This document shows positions 1-10,895 of a stretch of DNA of 64,000 nt, piece by piece. The stretch is from Rhynchopus sp. YZ270_cl-10 (taxonomy: Eukaryota): contig OZ037834.1 in NCBI GenBank assembly GCA_964035575.1, forward strand, positions 1,426,001 through 1,490,000, read 5' to 3'. Under the pieces are notes generated by a model. It was not told where the DNA came from, ran no database searches, and saw only the letters and a list, made by a program, of their open reading frames with translations. The position numbers were made by a program, and so were the translations under genes. Each line of letters starts with the position of its first letter. Position 1 is the first letter of the stretch.

Positions 1-1231
1 GTACAAAAAAAAACACACACATCTAATAAAAAAGCTTGAAAGAGAGAGACTGCTTCTCATTCGCAAAAAAAAAACAAAGAAAAAAAAAACTTTGAAATAT
101 GAAAACGAATGTCCAAAGAAAAGACACTCAGTTTTTTTCAAGTTTTTTTTCGGCAAAACAAAACAAACCAGAAAAGTTTGGATGAAAAACCTGAGCCATC
201 ACAGTGCCCGCTGGTCACCCTAAAAGGGAGTGGAGATGGGGGAGGGTAAAACAACAACAAAAAAAAAAATTTTTTTTTTTGTTGAGCGATAGTCAGGAAA
301 CATGTCCTGCCACTGCTTTTTTTTTGGTAAAACAACAAAAAGAAAAGGGGGTATAAAAAAAGGATAGAATTCTTTTGTTTTTGCTGAGTTTCTGTATTAT
401 TTCAAATTTCGAAAAAAAAAAAATGTTGAATAGAACATGCGCCTCATTAGGGACAGCATATCGATTCAAAAGAAAAAAAAGAAAAAAACAAAACAAATCA
501 ACGAAAGGAGAGGAAAGGGGGAAACAAGAAAAAAAAAAAATATCAAGTTGAACCTAAGCCTCACAGTGCTTTAGTCATCTTGAAAAAAAGAAAAGAAAAA
601 AAAACTTGAAAAATGAATGTATCTCACTGAGCTAGCATTCATATAAAACAAAAAAGGATTTGGATTTTGGAGGGGGGGGAAAAAAAAAAGATGCATTGTG
701 CCTTGTTGTGCGCAGGCATCTTTGAAGAGGGGTATGGGATTTTATTTTTGGAGCTTATCTGCAGATCAGCTGGTCCCAATATAAAAAAAAACCAAAAAAA
801 AACAACACGCAGACGGTGGAGAGCGGTTGAACCCCCCATTACGTCTGTTGTTCCCTTTTTCTTTTCAAAAAGAGGGGGAGGTGGGTTGCTTCCGACAGAC
901 AAGAAGAAAAAAAAAAAAGATACTTGCCATCGATACGCGGAAAAGGGGATTTTGTTTTGGAACAAAAAAGAAATGTAAGGTAAACCTAAGTCTTGCGTTG
1001 CTTAGTAACCTTTAAGAGAAAAAAATCAATAAATCAAGTGTATAGGGCCCCCAAAGGGATACAGAGCAGAGAAAGAGAGAGAGACAGAGAGTCTGTCCAT
1101 ATGAGTGAGGAGTAACACAGCCCCATCTGCCCCCCTCCCTCCCTCCGCGTAACTGTTGTGTTCCTTTTGCCCTTCCTCCCCCCTTCTACTCACAAAGATG
1201 CTCACAACTACTGCACATCTGCGTCATGAGC

Positions 1232-2606
1232 TCACTGCAACAGCTGCCTCCAGTCACCGGTGATCCTGTTGAAATGGGGTTGTTTTTGACAAAATATGAG
1301 GTTGACCCCAAAAAAATGAAATAATCAGAGGTTTGGAAACCTTTAGAAAAAAGAAATTACGTCCGCTGTCCACCAGTGGGCAACTATCCCGAGGGAGGGG
1401 GCTTCATTTTCCAAAAGTTGAAAAGTCTGCCAGACTACCATGATACACATAACCCCAAAATAAAAACGGAACACTTTTTTTAAAAGGAACATACACATCT
1501 CTTGTCCTGCTTGCGAGGAGTTTGTAATCGATGAGCGCTGCGTCCGGAGAGTCGTCCAGGGCAGACCTGCACGACGCGAAGAGCAGCTCGAGGCCCGACT
1601 CCTCATTCAGCCGCTCCCTTCTGAAGAACCCTGCCAGCTCGTACAGCGTCATGCCCAGCTCGACACCCACCTTCAGGACCACCGTCGCTGCCTTGAAGAG
1701 GTCGACTGCCTCCGACTCGATGCCAGCCTCCTCCGCCAGCGCTGCGTCTGTCTCTACGTCAATCGCGCTGATGTATGCCTTCACCTCTTCGCTGAAGGGA
1801 CGCTTGCTTTGCGGCCACATCTGCCATTCAAAGTCCAGATCCGCAAGGCACGTCGGAAGGGTGTAACCGTGGTCTATCGGGTAGAGACGTTGTCTTCCTT
1901 CCGCGTCTCCGCGCACCAGAATGTTTCCTCCATGTCTGTCGCAGTTGAGAAGACGCAGGTCGAGGACACCAATACGATGGACATCCTCGGTTTCATAGCG
2001 TGCCGGACCGTTATCCCAAGACTGTGACGCACCAGAGACAAAGCGCTGCAGAGAGGCTGGGGTAGTAGCATGCTTCTGTGTCGTGCTGTGCGTAGGAAGG
2101 TCAATCACAATGGTTTCTGGAACCTTCGCAAAGTCTCCCCCAATCTGATACGCAAACGCCTCCCGCAGATACCCCTGCCCAGGGGTGAACCCAAGCTTCG
2201 CGCAGTCCTGCTCCGCGGAGTACCCCTTCGGGTTGTAGTTCGTCCCCGCCTCTTCGTTAGACGGCTTTGCAACACCAAGGGTACTGAAAGAGGTGCGTAC
2301 GAAGTAGGTACCTCCAACACAGTCTTCATCGACAGAGGCAGTGGAGAGGGTGTTGTTTGCAAGGTGTGCTTCGAATTCGGTGAGAAGACGGGATTCTGTG
2401 TCATCCTCAGACACATCTGAATCGGAGGAATCGCAGGTACTATCGGTGGAGCAAATAGGGGCGCTTACGGTCCCTCTTTTTGAAGGGGGCACGTACCGTC
2501 CTGCGTTCCCCGATGACGACGCGGAGAGAGAAACGGTGGTGGTAGAAATGTGTTCTGAGGTCATCCCGTTGCTCTCAACCTCTGCTCTTCCTTCCCATAA
2601 ACTCAT
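1232..2606 (-). CDS. Phosphatidylinositol 4-kinase type II (PI4K-gamma-like); exons 2606-1495, 1265-1232
   Basis: Motifs GGTYFV, KPSNEE, GYLREAFAY, VPET, SLQRFV, LDLRLLNCDRHGGNILV and PIDHGYTLP. A GTATGT..CAG intron at 1494-1266 gives the in-frame ending DVITGDWRQLLQ*. Confidence 0.85.
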
Positions 2607-3072
2607 TTCAAACCGAGAGTGGAATTTACAATCCGTTTTTTTTTTTCTCCCGCTTGATTCAAGCAGAAAAAAAAAAGGGGGGAGGTGAGGGGAGAAGAGA
2701 GTGTTTTTGAAGTTTTTTTTTTTTTTTTCAAGGGAAAAAAAAAAAAACGTCAGCGGGTCAAAACGATATGTGTATTTATTTGTGTTTTTTTTTTTGTGTA
2801 TCGTGCTTTTGGGTGGGCCAAAAAAAAAGGAAAAAAAAGAGAGAAAGAAAAAGGGGCCCTACTCCCTGTAGTGTGGTGGTGGGGTTTGTTGGGAGTTAGG
2901 GGGGGTTCATAGAAATGGTGAGAGGGATACTATTTTTTTAAAAAATCATTTCTCAAAAAAGGTACAAAAAACAGGAGAAAATATACAAGACATGTTTTAA
3001 TAATATAAGATGAACGGCATCCACGCCATCTCGAATGCGAAACAAAAAAAACCTCTCTCCACTCCTTATCCA

Positions 3073-5555
3073 TCACGGTGGTGGTGGAGGTGGAGGTGGC
3101 GCCTTGGGGGCGGCAGGTGGTGGTGGTGCTGGGGCCTTTGCAGGAGCAGGAGGAGGAGGGGGCGCACCTCCCCCTGCTGGTGGTGGTGGTGGTGGTGGCG
3201 CTGCCGCTGGTGCAGGTGGCGGGGGTGGTGGCAACACTTTTGCAGCTGGAGCTGCTGGAGGTGGTGGTGGTGCAGGAGCTGCAGCACCTGGTGCAGGTGG
3301 AGGTGGCGGAGCTGCCGCCTTTGGTGATGCAGGGGGTGGAGGAGGAGGAGGAGGAGGAGGTGGTGCAGCTGCGGCAGGTGCATCCCCCACCTGCACCGGC
3401 TTGACCAATGGTGCCAGTGGTGGTGGCTTGTTCGCAGCCTTCGGTGTAGGGGGTACATCCTTCTCCTTCCCATCTCGACTCGCGGAGATCTGTGCCGCAT
3501 CTGGAAGAGTGTTCTTCTCGACTGTCTCCACCTTCTTTAACTGTAAGAAAAGAAGTGGGAAAAAGGGGGGAAAAGAAAAGTTTAGAGATGAACCTAAGTC
3601 ACCGTGATCATGTTCATTATCGCGGAGCCTCAGTTGCGTGGGTTTCCATAAGTTTTGTTGTCAGAGATGATGTCATTTCCCCCAGCTGGGGGAAAAAAAT
3701 GGGGTTTGTTTGATGGTGTATTGTAAAATTAGACCCCCCTCAATTTTTAAACTTCACAAAAAAACCCAAAAAAAAATACCTTCACCCCAAGCTGGATTTC
3801 CTTCATGAGTTGTTCCGGGTCGAATGCTTTTTTCTTTGCGGGCTTCTTCACTGGGGCCTTCGGTGGCGGCGGTGGTGGGGGTGGGGGTGGGGGGCCACCA
3901 CCCCCTGGACCACCTCCTCCCCCCGCACCTCTTGGCGACAACAGCCCTGGTGGATGCATGGGAGGTGCTGGGACGTTAAGGGAATGCGAGACTTCTGGGG
4001 AGGGCGGGGGCAGCTGCGTCACCACTGGGGAGAGGAAGTTGCTCCGCGGCACGGTCGGGATAGTGTGCGCGCTGAAGACACTCATGCTGGCATCGAGGAA
4101 CATCCCGCTTTTGGAGGGACGCCGGTCGAAGGCGTGGGCAGAGTCTGCGTCCCAGGAGGATTTGCTCATATCCATTAGATCACGCTCATGAGGGGAGGGT
4201 GGGGGGTGGAAGTTTCCAGTAGCTGCGGCGGCCATTTCGGTGATGACGGTGGGAATGCGTTTGGAAGAGGATGGGGGCATGGCGGATGGAGGCTCGCGGC
4301 TTCTGGGGCTCTTCACGGCAAGCTGCGACTTCATGATGTTACGAGCCTTCGCAGGCGCCTTCAGCACCGCAATCGCACGCTGTACAATCTTTCTGTCCGC
4401 CGTCATCTTCCTCTTCCCCGGATGCACTTCACCATAAATGCTTTTTTTATTCCGTTCCCCAAAGATATGGTCCCATTCTGTCTCCACCTGTTCATGTGTA
4501 CTAACCATTTTCTCAGTATGTCCTTGCCGTTCCACAAAATACCCCGACCCAGCAACGGAAGGACGAATTCCGGTCCGTTTCGGAGAAAAGCTTCGTGGAG
4601 AAAAGGAGTGTGTTTTTGAGGGGGTTTTTGAGAGGGTGGTTTTAGACATGGTTTTGGAGGGGCGTACAAAATGGCCTTCCTTTTCCAAATCCAGTCGTCG
4701 GGCTAATAGCTGACCGGCCTCCTTGGAGTGAGGGCCTCCTAAGACCACGGGAGATGCAATCCCTTTGCTTCCTGCGTCGAGGCTGACTAACAACTGCTCT
4801 TCATGCACCGCAACACCGCTTATCGCATCTGCCTCAACACTCGCAACAATCTGCCCATCCAGCGCATTTACTATCGTAAACCCCCCGGTATTCGCGATGT
4901 ACACTGTTACAGAAGAGGATCTAGAGTGCGTCGCCATGATCATGGTAAATGCACTGATATTCCCTGTATGCCGTTCTGGGGAAGGAGAAGAAGGAGATCG
5001 ACTCCGTTGGGGAGACGGTGACTGAGAATATAACCTCCGTTGCAGTTTCTTTTGCTGTACATCTGCCCCGGCAGCATGCACTACTAACCGTTCTATTGCC
5101 GCATTGCTCTGTTGTAACTGAGCTTGAAGAGCGCCGACCATGCTCTCCGCTGATTGCAAACGTTGCTGCATTTCCCCGACACTAACAGATTCATCCACCC
5201 TCGGAGCACGTCGCGACTTCCCTACCGAATACGTTGGAATCGACCTCGGAGATTCAGCAGGCTGTGGTGGCGTGCATACCCCTCCCCCTCCTCCTCCTGC
5301 ATTCACCGGAGGATTTCTCGGTGGTGGTCCCCTCGGAGCGACATACCGTGGTACACCCTTTCCTCCTTGCCCAACAGAAGGTGATGGTGTGCCTCGGGAG
5401 TGAGACTGAGGTGGGGGTGGAGGTGGAGGAGGAGGAGGAGGGGGTGACGCCGTGACTGCAGCAGGTGAGGCGACCTCGGCAACGGGAAGGAACGCCCAGT
5501 TATAACCTCCTGAAGAGCAGAGGACCCAACGCCATTCTCCTTCAGGTGTGGTCAT
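3073..5555 (-). CDS. Proline-rich protein with a WH2 (actin-binding) motif; exons 5555-3780, 3540-3073
   Basis: Splicing the GT-AG intron 3779-3541 joins LMKEIQLGVK to LKKVETVE, the WH2 helix plus LKKV motif. Long poly-Pro tracts and a short coiled coil are present. Confidence 0.7.
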
Positions 5556-5849
5556 CAAAAGGAAATGAAAAAAAAAAAACACAAAATTATTCGAACAGTA
5601 TTCGAAAATCACGCCGGAGTTCCGTGTAGAGGTTTGTGCTTTTGGGAAAGAAGGGAGGGGAAAGGGAAGATCCCACCCGACTCACCTGATGGTTGTTTTT
5701 TTGTTATGGTGTTTAGGGAAGGGGGAAACTTTGAGTAATATAAGGAAAAAAGGGCATTTTTTTTTTTTTGTTCAATGGTAATGAGAGAGATAGGGGTTAA
5801 GGGCGGTGTGAGAAAAGGAAGATAAAGAAGAAGAAGAAAAATGGTTATA

Positions 5850-5882
5850 GGATGAACCTAAGCCTCTCGTGCTTAGTCATCT
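5850..5882 (-). repeat. Dispersed hairpin family A (other copies 543-583, 977-1012, 12756-12788, 18721-18767, 35891-35923; variants near 3006, 3586, 25255, 28193, 44454, 47877)
   Basis: Minus-strand consensus AGRUGA-CUAAGC-ACGAGAG-GCUUAG-GU-UCAUCU. Confidence 0.85.
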
Positions 5883-6679
5883 AAAAAAGAAGAGGGGTGA
5901 TGAAAAAATCCTGCTTCTTTGGTGGTCTTTCCAGGCCCGAGAGTTTATACTGTTTTCCGCAAAAATATAGTGAAGTTGACAGTGCAAAACGCCCTCTGGG
6001 ACGCAGTGCACGCAAAATACCCTCTTGGAACCTGATAGTGCACTCTCCTCACGTTTGGTATCCTAATTCTTAGTCTTCCTTGTATCCCAATAATACCCTC
6101 CTCTCCCCCCCGACTCACCTCACCTCACATTATTTTATGTTCTGGTTTCGTTTTTTTTTGTTTTTCTTTCTAACAACGTATAGGTGTGTGTGTGTGTTTG
6201 TTAGTTTTAAGTGTTTGGTTTTTAAAAGAGATTTTTTCTTTGAAAGATGAATGTGCCTCCTCTCGTGCATCAAAAAGAAAGAAGAAAAAAAAAATCTCTG
6301 TTAGCTTTTCATCCCCCCCATACCCCGATTCCCTAAATGTTTGTAAAAAAAAAAGAGTAAAAACAGAAATAATTTCTGGTTAAATCGCCCAAATCCCCCT
6401 TCCCTTTCCCATTCACAAATAAATTCACACAGAAAAAAGAAAAGAAAATAAAAACGGTACTTATGGTTAAAAAAGGGGGCAGAAAGCATGAAACTGAATG
6501 GGGAAGGGTGAGGGGTGAGGGGGGCTTTTTAAAAGGTTGGAAACCCGCAAACCCGTAAAATTTAGACGGGGGAAAAAAAAAAGAAAATAAGTGTGAGAAC
6601 ATTGCTTCGATTTTGAAAGAGACTTAACAGGAGGCACTGCCATCACTCTTCCCACTAACACTCTGCCATTTTACTTTAT

Positions 6680-6718
6680 TTGAAAACTTGGTTGTATTAG
6701 TGTAGACACCCGAGGATG
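6680..6718 (-). repeat. Dispersed family D (also 12848-12886, 34744-34795, 35990-36040)
   Basis: Plus-strand TGAAAACTTGGTTGTATTAGTGTA(A)GACACCCGAGGAT is nearly identical at 6680 and 12848. Confidence 0.8.
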
Positions 6719-6857
6719 AACACCGCACCAATTTATTTGTCAGGGCTTCATATCTTGGCAACAAACGTCGACCTTATTTTGCTAATTTTTTTTTTGTAGC
6801 ATTTTTCATTTTGTTTTTTTCTGTTTGTTTTTTTTTTGTTCCGTTGGTGAGGAAAAA

Positions 6858-9175
6858 CTATGGAAGCAGGAAGTCCGTTAGCGGCATGTTGACGAGAGCT
6901 GTGATGATGGGAACAGACGACGTGCTGCTGCACACGTAGACACGGATGACATCTGAACCTGCTGCCTCGTCTATACAGCGCACAGTCACCTCTTGCTGGT
7001 ACACAAGCGACGGCACCAGGACGGGGATCATCTGTGAAGGTTTCATTCATTACATTTTGTGTGTCGTATTGCATCACACACAGAGATCAGAAATGCTGAC
7101 CGAACCAAAAAAAAAAAGTGAAGGTGATAAGGCAAACGCCTGGGACACTCCGTGGGTTATCGAACCCCGGGGTGTTGCAATTGAGAGCTGCCTACGGTTA
7201 AACTGTAAGCAGGCACACAAAAAAAAAAGAAGAAAAACGGCTACCAAAAAAAAACTATGAGCACGAAAGTTTGAAAAAAAAGCTCAAGCCCCCTCTCCAT
7301 ACCATAAACGGCTTCCACATCTGATATATCGCTTTGTTATAGGTGAAGACGATGGGGATTGCTGTGAGGGGTTTGAGGCCGGTGTTTTGGATGTTGAGCT
7401 TGACTTTGAAGAGAGGACCGAGGCCTTGCACATGCGCCGTGAGACGGAGGCTGGAGCCACCTGTGTAGGAGAGAGGACCTTGCCCGTCTGTGAGGATCTT
7501 GACGTAGGCACGGGCTGTTTGGAGACGCAACTTGCAGAGGTCACGTTGGAAGACACGGTGCATTTCAATGCCGAAGTTCTTTTCGCGTTCTGTCTGTTCC
7601 ACGTAGAGACGTGTCTTGCGGGGGACCTTCAGTGGAATGCTCTGTTCTATAGGCGGCCCTGACTGCGCCCCTTTCGTCACCTCCAGGTTCGCCAAACGTG
7701 GAAGCATTTTAATAATAATGGCGCCACTCATAGTGGTCATAACCAAGGTGGAGTCCTCCCGCCCGTACCGTCCAAACTTCATCCCGCTCACCACGTCTTT
7801 GATGTGTATCGTGTTGATCAGAGTCTTCCCGTTGTACACCCGAACCTCCCCATTCGCGAGGGCCACAATGCATGCTTTGGCACCACGCATTTTCTCCTGA
7901 TTTATTGCTGCCATGTTTGTGATGGCGGAGGGCATGTACAAACTGAACTGTTTCTTCCCCTTGACGTGGTAGGAGTGTACGTTGTTGGACATAGTCCCAA
8001 CGATGATGCTTTTGTCGACGCGGACCATGGCGCAGATCTGGGACTCAAGCTCGATGGCAACGGAAAGAGGTTCGCCGTTCTTGATGGTCGAGATGTTTCC
8101 ATTCCGGCAGGCGACAACGATTCTGTAGTCCACATCGTACATTCCTGTGGTTTCATTAGTTTTTTTGTTGCAGTGATGGTAATTAAAGTTGCATTTGTTA
8201 TGACGTTCTTTTGATTTGTTACTAATCCTGGGGGTGTTAGGGATAGTAGGGTCTTTGCCTTTCTCACTCAGTGTCGTGTTTTTCAAGTTGGTATTTTTCG
8301 CGTTTTGGTTGTAGAAATAGGGTGGTGTTGTTCCATACCGGTCGTGCTAATGTAAACCGGTGCCGCAGGGAGCTGCACCTTCCTCAAAATCTGAAACTGC
8401 GAATCGAGAATCAAAATCCGGCAGTTTTCCGTGCCAATAATGAGGAACCCCACCCCCGAGTCCTCCTCCTTGTCCTTCTTCAAGACGCCGAGGCAGGTGA
8501 TGACGGTCTGCTGGATGAGGGGCGCATTCTTGACCTCCACTGTGAACCGCATGCGTTCCTCAGACGTCTCATACGAGAGCAGCTCGAGGGAACGCGATGA
8601 CAGCGAGACACCGTTTTCCTTTGCGTGCTCAAGCACTTCGATGGCGCCGGAGATGGTGACTTTGTCTTGACGGATATTCGCCCAGACGTCTGACTCGACT
8701 GAACTGATTTCTACACACGGCAGAAAAAATTTGTAAAACGGCCTCAAATTCTTATAGATGTAGACAGACGGACCCGAAGCAATGGCGATTGCGGGACGAT
8801 GATTCGGGTCTGAATAATCAGTGTAGAAGGAGGCGATTGCGCAGGGACTGTCTAAGAGAGGGCTCTCCATGACAAGGTCTGTTCCAGAGAAGAACTTCAG
8901 CTTTGAAGATGCGTCTGCAACAAGAAGCTTCCAATCCCCGTTGTTGTGGATGTCTGCGAACTCTACACAGCTCGAAAACGCCTTCACCCCCGCAAGCGGG
9001 TTTGAAAACGCATCCAACCACAGCACGTTCTCCTTCTCCTTCACCTCAGACGGCTTCACCGGCTGCACCGGCGCCTTCACCACATCCTCCTCCACAGGTG
9101 GGTCTGCCACCACCGAGGCCCCCTGTGGGGCCTCATTGCTCGGTGTATTCGATAGCTCCACCTTGCCTCTTAAGC
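6858..9175 (-). CDS. BBS1: Bardet-Biedl syndrome 1 protein (BBSome subunit); exons ~9175-8339, 8144-7303, 7031-6858; start codon unresolved
   Basis: BBS1 motifs WLDA, GPSVYIYKNLRPFYKF, YDVDYRIVVACR, MKFGRYGRED, PRKTRLYVEQTERE, MHRVFQRDL and C-terminal LVPSLVY..VNMP. Two GT-AG introns restore the frame. Confidence 0.92.
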
Positions 9176-9424
9176 TCGCAATACAACGAAGGGGAGAAAA
9201 GGCGGGTCAACACGGAAGTGCGGGTAATGCTGTGTCAGGTGTATGTAGGGGGAAAGGCGAGGGAGAAAGGGGTGTTTTATGTGTAATGCTGGAGGGTATG
9301 TGGTTGAAAGTGAAGTTGATAGTGCAAACGCCGGGACGCAGGCACCGACACTCCGCGGGTTATGTGAAAAGAGAGGAAACAGTGAAGTGGAGGATGAAGG
9401 GGAAGGGTGGGTATGATATCGGGT

Positions 9425-10895
9425 CTCTCCCGACCCTTACGTACACTGAAGGCATGTCCGCCAGCGTGCATAGCGAGGATGGGTTGTGAGGTGAGGTTGC
9501 GGGTGTGTGAAAATGTGGTGCGTGTTGTGTTCAGGAGTGTCCAAGGTTTCGTATCAACCACTCTTCAAGAAAAGCGTCAAATTCGACTGTAAACGTTGTT
9601 TTTTGTGTTGTTCATCCTTACGTGTGGCAGAGGTGGCAGCAGAAGGAACCCTTTACGTTGTGATATCAGAAAGGACACGTTAGTCTCATTGCAGGAAGGT
9701 GTTGCCCTCCTGCATCGATCCAATGAGATTCCAAATAGTGTTTAGTTTGAATCATCATGAAAAAAACTGGCAACGACAGAATAGCAACGTTGGCTATTTA
9801 GCAGCGGTGCGCTTTGCTCAGTACCGCTCTCTCCCGACCCTTGCGTACACTGAAGGCATGTCCGCCAGCATGCATAGCGAGGATGGGTGTAGATAATGTG
9901 AACGTGACATGCACCGTCATATGTTCAAGACAACCGAAAATTTCGACTGTACTGCGAGGTGCAAAACTATGGTTCATCTGTGAAACCAGATACAGCGTGT
10001 GCTGTGTTCAGGAGTGTCCAAGGTTTCGTATCAACCACTCTTCAAGAAAAGCGTCAAACTCGACTGTAAACGTTGTTTTTTGTGTTGTTCATCCTTACGT
10101 GGGGCAGAGGTGACAGCAGAAGGAACCCTTTACGTTGTGATATCAGAAAGGACACGTTAGTCTCATTGCAGGAAGGTGTTGCCCTCCTGCATCGATCCAA
10201 TGAGATTCCAAATAGTGTTTAGTTTGAATCATCATGAAAACAGCGACAATCTCATCCGAGTTCGCTTGTGGACGGCTGAAGGCCTTTTAGTACGGGCTTC
10301 AGTTATCTCCCGACCCTTACGTACACTGAAGGCATGTCCGCCAGCATGCATAGCGAGGATGGGTGCAAAACTATGATCATCTGTGAAATAGATACAGCGT
10401 GTGCTGTGTTCAGGAGTGTCCAAGGTTTCGTATCAACCACTCTTCAAGAAAAGTGTCAAACTCGACTGTAAACGTTGTTTTTTGTGTTGTTCATCCTTAC
10501 GTGTGGCAGAGGTGACAGCAGAAGGAACCCTTTACGTTGTGATGTCAGAAAGGACACGTTAGTCTCATTGCAGGAAGGTGTTGCCCTCCTGCATCGATCC
10601 AATGAGATTCCAAATAGTGTTTAGTTTGAATCATCATGAAGACAGCAATGATATGGACAACGACAACCCTCGCCTTCCCAAACATGTCTTCTCCTCTCTC
10701 CCGACCCTTACGTACACTGAAGGCATGTCCGCCAGCATGCATAGCGAGGATGGGTGCAAAACTGTGGTTCATCTGTCAAACCAGATACAGCGTGTACTGT
10801 GCTCAGGAGTATACAAGGTTTCGTATCAACCACTTATCTCCCGACCCTTACGTACACTGAAGGCATATCCGCCAGCATGCATAGCGAGGATGGGT
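9425..10895 (-). ncRNA. Tandem snoRNA cluster 1: five single-hairpin AGA-box RNAs, three copies each of two box C/D RNAs, one partial C/D copy
   Basis: On the minus strand: AUGAUGA...CUGA (e.g. 9758-9666), AGGAUGA...CUGA (e.g. 9618-9531), and a ~60-nt hairpin ending in AGA+3 nt (near 9425, 9829, 10306, 10696, 10836). Tandem mixed snoRNA clusters are established for Euglenozoa. Confidence 0.75.

Noticed and set aside
5850..5882. Bona fide group II intron domain V
   Set aside because: There is no AGC/CGC triad, the stem geometry differs, and no domains I-IV/VI or RT ORF lie nearby. Kept only as an analogy.
9541..9553. U13/snR45-like acetylation guide (UACGAAACCUUG vs 18S CAAGGUUUCCGUA)
   Set aside because: As I recall, euglenozoan helix 45 differs from this canonical sequence, and the element lies near box D rather than upstream of box C. 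It cannot be supported without the rRNA.
9425..10895. CRISPR-like repeat-spacer array
   Set aside because: The repeats are 60-300 nt with snoRNA boxes, the spacers recur in the second array, there are no cas genes, and the context is eukaryotic.
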